Positions 11,509 through 22,718 of a stretch of DNA of 64,000 bases are shown piece after piece (the first letter of the stretch is position 1; the number at the start of each line of letters is the position of its first letter). The notes below the pieces were generated by a model. It ran no database searches, was not told the DNA's origin, and saw nothing but the letters and a program-made list of their open reading frames with translations. The DNA lies in the NCBI GenBank assembly GCA_964658305.1, contig OZ210885.1, positions 10,106,001 through 10,170,000 of the forward strand, read 5' to 3'. The stretch comes from Leptogorgia sarmentosa (taxonomy: Eukaryota). Position numbers and translations under genes: made by a program.

Positions 11509-12084
11509 GATCCATTGGAAAAACTTACTTACTCTTTATAGTCTTGGACAAAGTTTTACCGATAGCAAAATCATTGACGCAATAAAATAGAGATAGCGTC
11601 GGACAAATACTTGAAACTAAACGACATTTAAGGCTAGGCCAAAAGCTTGATTGTTTAAATTTTTTATTGAATAAAATTATATTGTTGCAGAGATAAAAAA
11701 TTCCCGTCTATATAGAAATCACTCTGTTGTTAAATCTCGGGTTATTGCAACTCTGGAAATTTAAATTAGCTTCTGACGAACAGCAACACAAACACGTGAT
11801 GTTATAAATACTTCTGTCGTTCATGAACCATTCAATTATATTCTCAAAGGCATAACAACGCACGTTTAACAACGGAAGAGCTGATTTCAATAGAGGGGAC
11901 TTTTTTTGGACACCCTGTGGAAATAAGTATTTTAAATCCATATATATCGAGCAATATCTAGATATTGTCTGGGCCTGCTTTGTTTCCTGATACCTTTTAG
12001 GTCTTGAGCGAATTGTGAAGCCTTGAAAAATCAGCATGCTTATATAGAGGAAGCTACGAATTAATCTAATCAAAGTATTGGATC

Positions 12085-12201
12085 GGACAGTTTTAGGTCG
12101 AGAACGTGGACGTCAAAAACGACGTTAAAATGGCGTGCTTTGTCCATCTATGGATATGCCACGCCATTTTGACGTTCGCGTCCCCGATCTAAAACTGTCT
12201 A
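12085..12201. repeat. Short palindromic MITE-like hairpin
   Basis: GACAGTTTTAG...AAAATGGCGTG / CACGCCATTTT...CTAAAACTGTC. Confidence 0.7.
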
Positions 12202-12530
12202 TTAGTTAGTTCACGCGAGCTCGAGGCTCTTATGATGAGTGCGACCGATGCTCAAATCAACGATCGGCTCACTAAGCACGCTTAATGTAATTGTTAATTT
12301 CAGTAGAATAAGAGATCAAACATAATTTTGCATGCAAGCACATTTTCCAAAGCCAAGACCTTGTTTAGACATCGTACTTTTCATTGTTCAGCTTCCATGT
12401 GCTGAATATGAATGTTAATGAGCTAAGCACGGCGGGCTAGTATGGAGTTAGGGAGGGGACAAAATTATTAATACGTATCGTGGGGCCGTTTTACGATGTG
12501 AAGTAGCGGCATATAATGTTGGTTTTGCGT

Positions 12531-12680
12531 GTCGAGTCGCGTTTCATGACTTCGAGTCGCGTTTCATTTCTTCGAGTCGCGTTTCATGACTTCGAGTCGC
12601 GTTTCATTTCTTCGAGTCGCGTTTCATTTCTTCGAGTCGCGTTTCATTTCTACGTTTCGCGTTACATTTCTTTACGACGC
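12531..12680 (+). repeat. 20-bp tandem array inside the left TIR
   Basis: (TTCGAGTCGCGTTTCAT[GAC/TTC]) x6 plus degenerate units. Confidence 0.95.
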
Positions 12681-12802
12681 ATTTCGTATTCCGTGCTCAG
12701 CGGTTTTATTTCATCGAGTTGAACCTTACGGTATAGACTGGTCAGCTGCTTTTCAATGGCCTTAAGTACTTCATAAAAGCCTCATCATCCCTTTTTCGCA
12801 AA

Positions 12803-15294
12803 ATGGCGGAAAACAAAGTCAACCATGTGGTATCCGTATTACAATCTGCCATTGAGCAGATTCGGAATCAGAGTGAACCGAGTCATGCAACTGTAACAAC
12901 AACATCGTCGCAAATTTCTAACCAGAATCACGAATCGATACCAAGCACAAGTATAACAGGCAATCCATCAACTTTTCCTTCGGCATCGCCACAAGCATTG
13001 CAAAGACAAAGTTTCAATCAAGCGGTACAACGCGATTTTAGGTATAGTTTTTTTTCTATTTACAGATCTATAAACAGGCATTGCGAAGCTATACTTACAG
13101 CACTACATATAAATATAACATATAAATATACTACCATAGAATATCTATACACTTTAGCATTAGCATAGTTAAAAGGTGTTTCTTTTGTTTTGATAGCCTA
13201 GCCTTTCCGAGCCTTGGAGGTGGGGGTAGAAGGCTACCTCTTCGAAACCCCCGACCATCCAAAAAGCAAAAGGTAGTCTTTATTCAGCCCAAGAATTCAT
13301 GGACGCATGACTTTTGTCTTCTGGCTAACAGCAATCAAAGCATTACCCCATCTCTGAAACATCTGGGCAAACTGAAAGAAGCTGGCTTGGGGAAAAGGCG
13401 TATTGTTTTCCCTGACAAACAGGCAATGTTTTCTAAGTTAAGATCAGTCTTAGAAACTGAATATCCCAAATTAAAGTCACAGGATGGTGCGTTTGAGTTA
13501 ATGCGGGCTGAAGGTGGTGGGTATTCACGGCCTCTTTGTCTGGTACCAATCCCATCAAATGGATATAGCGTGCCTTATCTTAAGGAGATGGTTGGTGCCA
13601 CCACAACAATTTACATACGGCCAATGAAAGAGTCTTTATCAGTTGAAAAAGTTCCTTTGTCACTCAGTCCCACTAGCCCATTAACTGAATGTCCAATGTG
13701 TAATAAGGAAGTGCCAATATTTGCCTTACGTCAGCATTCTAAAGACTGTCACGCCACGAACATTGAGTGCGAGATAGAGGAAAACGAAGACTTCTTCAAA
13801 GAGGATAATGATGAATTCATTCCAGAGTGTGATACTTTGCCAATCGCTTCTATGGTTGAAATAGGACAAAATCATACAGCTGGTAATTTTCCAAGCACAT
13901 CTACGCAAGGTTCGTTATCTGAGCTAAAGCCAGATAATTGCCCAAGCACATCGACGCAAAGTTCGTTATCTGAGCTAAAGCCAGATAAGATCCCAAGCAC
14001 ATCAAGACAAAGTTGGTTATCTGAACTGAAGTTGGCATTTCCTGATGCAAAAATCGAAGCTCTTGAGAGAATTGCATCCATTGCCACTACTATCGATGAT
14101 GCTGCATGCCTTCTTCTTGATATGCAGGAAGTTGAAGAAGAGGAAGAAAATCCATCCTTAGAAGATTTAATCGAATCATTTGTGGAGAGAAACGCGATAT
14201 CAGGTGATGAAAACGTGCTCGTAGACAGAGAAACATTCTGGTTGGACGTGGTTAAATTCTATAAAAGATCTCTTAACAAACCAGAGATCTTACGAAAAGA
14301 ACTCTGTGTCTCATTCAAAAATGAAGAAGGTCTTGACGGTGGGGCAATGAAACTGGAGTTTTTTTCATTGGTCCTTAACGAAGTCAAAGCTCGATTGTTT
14401 GAAGGCACTGAACCAAATATGGTACCAATCAAAGATGCGACGAAAGGAGTGTTGTTCCACCTAGCTGGTGTAATTGTAAGCCACGCGCTGTTCCAGAGAA
14501 GCTCAATCGGCTTTCCTGTCCTGGCACCATATATGTACTCTTACTTAGTGGGTGAGGAAGAAGATGAGACCACTTCTACAATGAAGAAGCAACATATTCC
14601 TCTGGATGCCTCCACTGCATTATTACATGAGTTTGTTGACTGTCTTGAAAGATGTATCAATAATGATGATATCCATCAATTACTAGAGGTGAACTCAAAA
14701 TGTGAAGCATTTTGGCAAATAATCAACTCTTCACGTTGGCCGAAAGAGAAGGTGATCAATGTTGCCAGTAAAGACTTTCTGTTACAGCATCTTGTGTCGC
14801 ATGAATTGCTTGTATCGAGAAAGAACGAGATAGAAGAATTTTCAGAAGGACTGAAATCTCTTGGTCTCCTGAACATTCTTCGTAAGAAAAAGGAGACATG
14901 CCAGATGTTATTTATTGCTAGAGAATTTCAACCTTTCACCACTGATGCACTGAACGAGATGATCCTTGAAGTTGAAGCTCGCAGTTTCTCTGAACGTCAA
15001 GCTAATGAATGGTTTCAGTCCTATATAAAGGAAGACGATGAAGATTTTCCCGGTGATAGCAGACGACGCGCACTTTTGCAATTCTGGACTGGGTGGACAG
15101 TAATTCCATTTGGCGGACTGACAAAAAGATTAAAGGTCTCATTTCTGCCAGATGATGATGCCAAGAGTCTTCCAACCACATCAGCTTGTACAGCCGTGTT
15201 GAGGATTCCCACCGTCCACAGCTCTAAGAAGGGGTTTTATAATGCAATGAACATTGCACTCAAGTTTGGCAGGGTTGGTTTTCCTAACCCTTGA
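12803..15294 (+). CDS. Transposon-encoded HECT E3 ubiquitin ligase-like protein (~778 aa; exons 12803-13041, 13197-15294) with UBZ-like zinc finger and CUE-like domain
   Basis: A phase-2 GT..AG intron (13042-13196) joins the 121-aa ORF in frame to the 635-aa ORF. Motifs: CPMC-x12-H-x3-C finger; LKLAFPDAKIEAL...AACLLL (CUE-like FP/LL); HECT N-lobe VSFKNEEGLDGGAMKLEFF; LLQFWTG; catalytic-loop LPTTSACTAVLRIP; C-terminal GF. Confidence 0.85.
13888..14030 (+). repeat. 51-bp (17-aa) coding tandem repeat x~3
   Basis: FPSTSTQGSLSELKPDN / CPSTSTQSSLSELKPDK / IPSTSRQSWLSELK. Confidence 0.9.
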
Positions 15295-15729
15295 TTGACA
15301 ACAATAAATGACTGGATAATTTGGTTCATATATTCTGGCAGCAAATACTTTTAGCTGATGTCCGGTTCTTGTTGTGATTTCTTAGAAAGATAAAAAATTG
15401 GGGTTATATTATAAGATTATATTTTTCATGTATATGTTTCAGAAAACTATTTGTTCTGTTTGATATTTCATAGTAAAGACACGTGTAAAAGATTTAAATT
15501 TTGTTCTTAATGGCTGATCAAAACAAAGTATATTCAGTATAAGTCTCATACGTAGCATTTCTCTAACTACAAAGAACTACCGTGCTGTACAAACATTATA
15601 TAAATATTGATATTAATATTGAAACATGAATAAAAAGACTATATCTTCTAAGATAATTATACAGTGTGTACAAAAGAAGTACATGCTTTCAACTTATTGT
15701 CATGACCAATCACTGACAGAAATGCATAA

Positions 15730-17265
15730 TTAATTTGGTGAAGCCTCACCAGATTGGACAAGTTCAGTAATCAGTTGTAGAGTATTTAAATAAACGTCAA
15801 GTCCATATGAAGTTGACGACATCAAAGGATCAACCCTTGAAATTAGTAAGCTTAGTTGGCTGGCAGTTAATGGATTTGCCACTTGTGGGACATCAATAGA
15901 AAATTCATTAAACGTTCCTCCATCATACCTTTCAGAAGGTAGTGGTCCTTCAAAATCGATACCATACATATTAAAATTTGTTTCTTCCAGAGTGAGAATG
16001 TAGCCGCTATGAAGTTGGTTCAAGCCATACACCCATAGCTGAACAGGCGTCATGTTTGATTCTGTTCTTAAGGGATGATTATCATAGCCGTTTCTGAACA
16101 AATCGAGATGTCGATTTATTCTTGGAGTAAAGACATAATGTAGGCAGAAAATATGCAACTCATTGTCAATTTCCAAATACCCATTTTCCTCTAGATACCA
16201 GAAGACATAGTAAAATATGAATATACAACCATGGAAGACATCCCTCCAAAGTCTTTCGATACGCTGATTGTGACAGCTCTTTCCTGCAATAAAACTGCCA
16301 CGGCCAGGGCCTCTAGCAGGATTTGATAGCATATACCATGCCACATCAACATTTTCTACCCCTTGGTCACCTCTTACTCTTTGTGGAAGGCCAAATTTGT
16401 GAACAGCATCAATAAAAAGGTTGAATACAGTGTTTGCTTGGTTGTTAGTGCTTGCTTTCAAAAACATAATACGCCTAGAGTATCCATCGATGCATCCATG
16501 TATAACAAATCCCCATCTAATTAGTTTGTGATTACCGTCTAAATGCCACATGGACAATGGTCCAGGTACAAAGTATCGCCTTCGGTTAACCAAGTTTAAT
16601 TGCATTGATCTTAATATAATACCTTCTGGATCAATTCTCCAAAGTGATGATCTGACACGTTCCCACTGCAAATTTATACCTCTTGCACTTAAAAATCCCT
16701 TCATTCTTCGAATCCCGCAATTAGGGAAATCATTATAAACATCAGAAACTATTTCATCAAGGTCATCATTGGGAATATTTGTGTATTTAGGGACTTCTTC
16801 TTTCAAATCAAATTCCTTAATTCTTCGACTAATAGTCTTAGCACTGACACCTAACATGTCAGCAATCTTAATTAAAGAAAAGCCATAGCTCAGAAAAAGT
16901 TTCAGTGTTTCCCTTCTAATTTCAAATGCTGGCCTGCCTGCTGAATCTTTGTGGACAGTAGATGGTTTTCTCCCTGTATCTGTTGCACGATCCATAGACG
17001 AAGTATCCTCAAGTAACGTGTTAAATGCATCAATAAGGATATCCAGCAAACTCTCAGGAAATACTTGTTGCCATAAACAGTGCTCGTCACTGCGAATTCC
17101 AATCTGAATAACTTGTTCCAGCTTGTATAATGCATGTTCAAGTTGATTGCGGTCATTATTCAGTGATACTCCTTCCAAGAGTCTCATAACTTCAGTTAAG
17201 CTACTGCAAATAAATTGCCTTAAATTGTCACCAGGAGAAACCTGTGAACTGACAGTTATTGACAT
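15730..17265 (-). CDS. IS3/integrase-core-like DDE transposase (511 aa) with N-terminal HTH
   Basis: [19 protein letters not shown]; catalytic motifs [38 protein letters not shown]; uninterrupted ORF between the TIRs. Confidence 0.92.
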   Translation of the reverse strand: MSITVSSQVSPGDNLRQFICSSLTEVMRLLEGVSLNNDRNQLEHALYKLEQVIQIGIRSDEHCLWQQVFPESLLDILIDAFNTLLEDTSSMDRATDTGRKPSTVHKDSAGRPAFEIRRETLKLFLSYGFSLIKIADMLGVSAKTISRRIKEFDLKEEVPKYTNIPNDDLDEIVSDVYNDFPNCGIRRMKGFLSARGINLQWERVRSSLWRIDPEGIILRSMQLNLVNRRRYFVPGPLSMWHLDGNHKLIRWGFVIHGCIDGYSRRIMFLKASTNNQANTVFNLFIDAVHKFGLPQRVRGDQGVENVDVAWYMLSNPARGPGRGSFIAGKSCHNQRIERLWRDVFHGCIFIFYYVFWYLEENGYLEIDNELHIFCLHYVFTPRINRHLDLFRNGYDNHPLRTESNMTPVQLWVYGLNQLHSGYILTLEETNFNMYGIDFEGPLPSERYDGGTFNEFSIDVPQVANPLTASQLSLLISRVDPLMSSTSYGLDVYLNTLQLITELVQSGEASPN

Positions 17266-17439
17266 ATTTGAATCTATATTAAATCTAAATCTATCTGGTG
17301 TCTGACCATTGACAAATTGTCAAATACGAAAACGAAACGTAAGGGCATGAAGTATTCAGTTAAGTGCTTGAAAAGCAGCTGACCAGTCTCTACCGTAAGG
17401 TTCAACTCGATGAAATAAAACCGCTGACCACGGAATACG

Positions 17440-17581
17440 AAATGCGTCGTAAAGAAATGTAACGCGAAAACGCGACTCGTAGAAATGAAACGCGACTCGA
17501 AGAAATGAAACGCGACTCGAAGAAATGAAACGCGACTCGAAGTCATGAAACGCGACTTGAAGTCATGAAACGCGACTCGAC
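17440..17581 (-). repeat. 20-bp tandem array inside the right TIR
   Basis: (ATGAAACGCGACTCGAAG..) ~5 full units plus partials, the reverse complement of the left array. Confidence 0.92.
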
Positions 17582-17698
17582 ACGCAAAACCAATATTATA
17601 TGCCGCTACTCCACATCGTAAAACGGCCCCACGATACGTATTAATAATTTTGTCCCCTCCCTAACTCCATAGGCTAGCGCTGCCCGAAAAACGGTCAG

Positions 17699-18367
17699 AT
17701 GGCCTTACGTGAGCCCGCATATACGTTGCTGCGGTTCATATTAAAAAACATGGCGTCGCTCATTGTGAAATTGCACGACGTTGTTAAAGACTATATTAAA
17801 AGTGCAAAGAATGTTGATATTGCTGGGAAAATTGGAGCAGAAGTTCTGCTACGTACGAAGGAGGTTGTAAAGAAACATATGTGGGAAGGCGAAGATGCAT
17901 GTGCATTCCACGTTGCTTTGCTTTATCCAATTGTAGCGAGGGAACTTACTCGATGGAACAAAATAGCAACTAGGAGAATGAAATCATCGACTCGATCTTC
18001 TCAGCCCTGGCAAATATGCTTCTCTCGAGATGTTCCAGTCGAGGAATACAAAGTTCTAAAGCTCACTATTTTAACAGGCAAATACGGTGCGGTCTTTAAA
18101 AGTACAAGGAATGTTGAATACCTTCACTTGTCAAGTAGAGAGGCTTTATGTTTATGGATTGGACATGTAATAAGTCGTGAAAACGGAGAAACACAGAAAA
18201 AACAGGAGTTGTTCAAAAAGTTATTAAAGAATGGGTCATATTGCGAGGTTATTGTCAATAAGGAACAACCATTCGTCATCAAATATTCAAGTTCAATGGA
18301 AACCCTTAAGGTTGTCATGTTTTATGGATGCTGGAACGCTTTTGGTGTTCCTCAACATGTTTTCTAG
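17699..18367 (+). CDS. Uncharacterised accessory protein of the CACGG transposon (222 aa, or ~205 aa from ATG 17750)
   Basis: Clean ORF starting just inside the reconstructed left end; AAAAACATGGCG start context at 17750; no recognised domain. Confidence 0.6.
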   Translation: MALREPAYTLLRFILKNMASLIVKLHDVVKDYIKSAKNVDIAGKIGAEVLLRTKEVVKKHMWEGEDACAFHVALLYPIVARELTRWNKIATRRMKSSTRSSQPWQICFSRDVPVEEYKVLKLTILTGKYGAVFKSTRNVEYLHLSSREALCLWIGHVISRENGETQKKQELFKKLLKNGSYCEVIVNKEQPFVIKYSSSMETLKVVMFYGCWNAFGVPQHVF

Positions 18368-19309
18368 CGCCATATCTGTGTTTATGTGTTATATGAATTA
18401 TAAAGTACTAAACAACATTCATTGTAGGCAATCCTTTATTTTATTGTTTTCATGTCATTGGACATGTTGAACTCAGTTCAGTATTTAATTTATAGTTGCT
18501 GTTGAGTTTGAATATATAACAAGTCAGTATAAATTGCATTTGTTTACATGCATGATCAATGCCCATAACTGGCACTATAACAATTTCTATGCAATTACAT
18601 TCCCTAAAGTGAATTAATTGGAAGTTGAAGGTAACCTGCACATGCAAATATTCTCAAAATCTTGTTTTTGTTCCTCTATTCTGTCAAGGAGATTTTGAGC
18701 ATAATCACTATTTAGGGAATGGGGGAGTCATGAAAGAGTGGTCCTATTAGTAATAATACTAAAATTTTGACTCACCTCACAGAAACGGCAAAAAATAATG
18801 CCCTCCACCAGGTTGCAGAAGACGGTTACCTTCAACACAAGCTATGCAGTATCCATAGTACATTTAGTAACAATTCTAGACACAAGTTTCAAGGCCTGTT
18901 TTGTTGTAAAATCATGAATACAGGTTTGTCACACAGTCAGTCTGCTATCATACAAAGCCTTTGAGAAATTATTGATAGGATGACCATCTCCATCCCTCTT
19001 CCCCATCCCACCCACATCACTTCCATCATCCCGCCCCCCCCCCCCCCCCCCCCCCCCCCCACCCCACCACCATTAACAGACAAGAACAAAAAATACACAT
19101 ATACATTATAATTAATATATACTTTTAAATGTATTGAATAAATAAATAACTATTGAACAAATAAATATTGTTAAAAACAATCAACATATCCAACAATATA
19201 TAACATTTAGAACTTGGAAAAGCACCAGAAATTGCTTCTGACAAAATCAGTTCCGTTCGTTTTCATGCTTTGATAATTACAACTAATCAACAGCTTTAAA
19301 CTAGCTATT

Positions 19310-22233
19310 TTAAACCTTCCTGAGTTTGACTAACTTTGTCAATTCTGGAGTTAAGCTTCCAGCTACAGCTGATTTCTTAACAGCTTCATAACTATCTGAA
19401 GAACAAATGCTACAATTATCTAATCCTGCTTCTAAGGGGAAACCACAATAGCAAATATTTTCCAGACTAACTTCTTTTGGTATGTATTCCCATTTATATT
19501 TGGTATACTTAGTATGCAACGGATCATTTCTTCTGACCCAAACATTTGCCATGAAGTCATGCCTGAGAACCATAAATAGATTTAGTGGAATGCCTGGCAT
19601 ATTGGGCCAGCCTAACATGTTTCGCTTCCCTCCCTTGCATGCTATTGAGGCCCAAACCTAAACCGTACTTGTCAAATAGTATCTGAGTATGTCTAGGAAT
19701 GGCATAACCAATAGTCCAAATAGTGGGTGTGATGTTATTAAAAAGCAGCATATTAGCATTATAAAAATACTGGCATGCTTTTTTACACCTGTCAATTCCT
19801 GCCTGATCTATGTTTACATGAGAGAAATACGAGATGGCATCTCTCAATTGCAAACAACAGTATGCAATTGCCGCAAGCCGAAGTTTTGTTTCAGGACTAT
19901 CAGAATCATTTCTGAGACAAGCTATAAGAAACATAAATTTGTGGCAAAAAATCTTTGTTTCTTTGCCAGTAAATCTGTAGGCAAATGACCTTTTGCGACC
20001 TTCACTGAACCATTTTTTGACCTTCTTAAATAATCTAGTAGCCTTTAGTTGCTCTTTTAATGCTACCAAATACAAAAAAAATGGAGCGTCATTCGGCAGA
20101 CTGTCAACATCTATGAAATTTGCAGCAATTTTTGACTTACTCAATGCAATTTCCAAAATAAGCAAATGCATATAACCCCAGGCATTATTTGCATTATGCA
20201 ATGGTTCTGCCAGTCCATGATCAATAAGCTTACCAATTATTGGCTCACTTTCTTGTCTAGAACCCTGTTCCCTAATGTAATTCAAAACCTGGTTTCTTTT
20301 GGTTGCTTCGGAAATTTTCTTACTTTCTAACTTCCCTTTCTTAAGTGTAACTTTCTCTGCTACCTTTATTCTATCATTGTAAACCCATGGGTGCCAGGTA
20401 CAACTGGCATCCTCTCCTAAAGAGCCGTTACTGGCCATTTTATTGTCATTATTGACATCCCCAAATGGAGAGAAATAATATGCTGCATTATTTAACTCTC
20501 CTCCCATGAAAGATAGCCACTTCATATCACTTGGAAGAAGGTCTACAGTGAATTTTACATCAAAGCCTTTTATTTTGTAAGTCTGCTTTTCAGTGTAGGC
20601 AATATCAGAAACAAGTTTCCTAGCATATCTCTGCATGCTCATATGTGTCTCAGAACAATTTGCTCCACACAAAAGAAAATTGTCATTTTGGCTTTGCACA
20701 TGCTTGCCAACATTTAAAAATGATATAAGCCATGCTGTGGCTTCGTCATCTTTTCCGAAAGGTGCCCCATCTGCACCAAGGGCAATTCTGAAATGATAAG
20801 GGGTACTTCCAAAATGGTGTAAAAATGGTTGGGGCAACGTCTGATCAACAACAATATATAACTCAGCTAAAACTACAAGAAAGTTGCCTAACTCTCTGTA
20901 GGAACCTGGAACTTGTTCCTCAAGTTTGTCATATTTTTGACAAAATTCAGCTGAAAAATCCCTGATATTGTCCATATTATTTGCTGACTTTATAAAGGCT
21001 ATGAGCTTATCATAATATAGCAGCTTGGGATTAAATACATTGCTAGAATTTGGTACAATGGCTAAAATATTTCTACATACAGACTTGTACTTTTCTTTCG
21101 TCAAAAGACCTCCCTCATACAGAATTTTGAGGCTACGGCAAATATTATCATTACCACTTTGATACAGTTCTGTCTCCGATTTTACTATTGAAGGCATAAT
21201 CTTTTTATTCACTGTTTCAGAATTTGAAAGAAAATCTTTAAGTGTATCAGTTGATGATTTGTTTACCAATGTTACCCACATTCCAGCAAGGGCTGATGAC
21301 TTTTTACCTTTCTGATCACCATGTATTTCTTTGCATGCATTCAAAGTTTCCTTCTGTCTTCTTCGACTTGACGTCTCAGATAAGGAGGCTTGAAAGGTAT
21401 CTGAATTCTCTACATTTGCCTCTGAGGGAGTCTTTTGTCGAAATGTCATCTTTCTCTTGGATGGTAACCTTGTTCCAGTTTCGTCATCATTCTCAAGTAG
21501 TGATGTAAGCTTTTCTTTACGACGCTTAAGCTGTAACAGTTAGTATCATTTAGTACCATACATAGGAATGCAAAGTGGTAACTTATTTATTTGTCCTGTG
21601 TCTGCAAAGATGCACTGAATAGACCGGGCCTGATATCTTCACTAAATAGTGAGACAATCTTATTACAACTTTCAGGCAGGGTGGGTGTGACCTATCAGGT
21701 ATAAAGTGATATCGCCTTTGATTACAAATCAGATAAAGCCTAAGAGTCTCCCTTTGATAGCATTAGATATGATAATATGGCATTAAATATAGTAGGGCAT
21801 ATTTCTGTTTTAATAATGGTAACAAATATTAACAAGACATGCCATGGGGGATATTAATAATTCTGCTTGGGGTGCATTTAAACCCATTATTCTCAAGGGA
21901 CTATCGTCTATCTTGGCTAACATAGTCCAGTAAATGTAAGAGTAAAATACTTAATGAATAGTAATAAATACTAAATAAAAATTCATGTGCTTCTTGGGTT
22001 TGTGCAAATGTCATTCATCGACGCCTTGACATTTAATTATAAATACACTACATTTGTTTACTACATACCCTTTTTGTTGTTCTCTCTATATCTTTATCGA
22101 CTTGTTTTAGGTCATTTCTTAACTGAACAATCGTAGCATTTTTTGCAACACAATCTTCTCTCAACTTTTTTCGTTCTTGAGCCAATTCGCCAAGAGGAAA
22201 CCGATCTTTCGCGGCAGATTTTTTAAAACTCAT
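19310..22233 (-). pseudogene. RAG1/Transib-like DDE transposase with a frameshift near the C-terminus and a decayed 5' part (exons ~22233-22069 and 21530-19310)
   Basis: Phase-0 intron 22068-21531 joins ERTTKR to LKRRKEK. Ordered motifs GADGAPF, PSDMKW, AEPLHNANN, RFTGKE, ITPTIW...GLGLNSMQGREAKH parallel RAG1 CDGM, YDEK, DALHCD, RMNGNF, ITNYFH...GSIGAWASEGNESGN. Frameshift near 19580 into the 19310-19618 frame. Confidence 0.7.
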
Positions 22234-22718
22234 CAGTCTGCCAATTTGTCTCCACTCTCCACAAAGTTCTCATTACAAAGACATGTTTTAAAGCAGAAAG
22301 TCCTTGATTATCAATAACATAGCCATAATTAAAATTTCTATGGTTTTGAAATTCTCAAAAGTCTCATGATCACTGCAGTAAAGCTTTGAAATGGGTCCAA
22401 AATCTTACACCATTTGCCGTGTAATGGCGGTTACTTCTTTGCAAAACCACGGTATAATTAGGGATAAAAGGGATTGGCCTCATAAACAAACCCTCAAAAA
22501 CAAAGAGTGACCCTAGGTAGTCCTCAAAAACTCATTTATTCCTATAATATACTTAGTGTATCCACTGTATATTTCAAGCAAATGAATTAGCATGATATTT
22601 TAGACTAGACAGTTCTGGGCGCCATCTTGATTTTTTTTGCCGGACAGGCAAAAGGTCGCAATCGTGGCATTTACAGCCCGCCGTGAAGTTTTTTTTATCT
22701 GGGCTCGTTTGGTTAGCT

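Larger units (their letters stand above)
12441..17671. mobile_element. IS3EU-type autonomous DNA transposon (5231 bp) with two convergent genes
   Basis: Termini TATGGAGTTAGGGAGGGGAC...GTCCCCTCCCTAACTCCATA; TIRs ~12441-12755 and ~17368-17671; perfect 6-bp TSD GGCTAG (12435-12440, 17672-17677). TAY..RTA ends and a 6-bp TSD are the IS3EU hallmarks as I recall them. Confidence 0.9.
12428..22685. mobile_element. CAC...GTG DNA transposon (Transib/RAG1/Chapaev-like clade), ~5.0 kb once the nested element is removed
   Basis: Ends are CACGGCGGGCT (12428) and AGCCCGCCGTG (22675-22685), both with TGCC at positions 17-20 after reconstruction. TSD AAG at 12425-12427 and 22686-22688. The joined flanks recreate the MITE at 1149-1273 with a single AAG. 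Confidence 0.8.

Noticed and set aside
12531..12680. CRISPR-like array
   Set aside because: The 20-bp units abut with no unique spacers, are mirrored in the opposite TIR, and there are no cas genes; the context is eukaryotic.
15730..17265. Bacterial IS3 insertion or contamination
   Set aside because: The partner gene has a spliceosomal intron and a HECT domain, the TIRs are ~310 bp, and the element is embedded with a TSD in animal repeats.
17699..18367. RAG2-like gene
   Set aside because: Position fits, but it is too short and shows no kelch GG repeats or PHD finger.
19557..19618. Programmed frameshift in the RAG1-like transposase
   Set aside because: No slippery site is evident and the 5' exon is also disrupted; mutation or assembly error is more likely.
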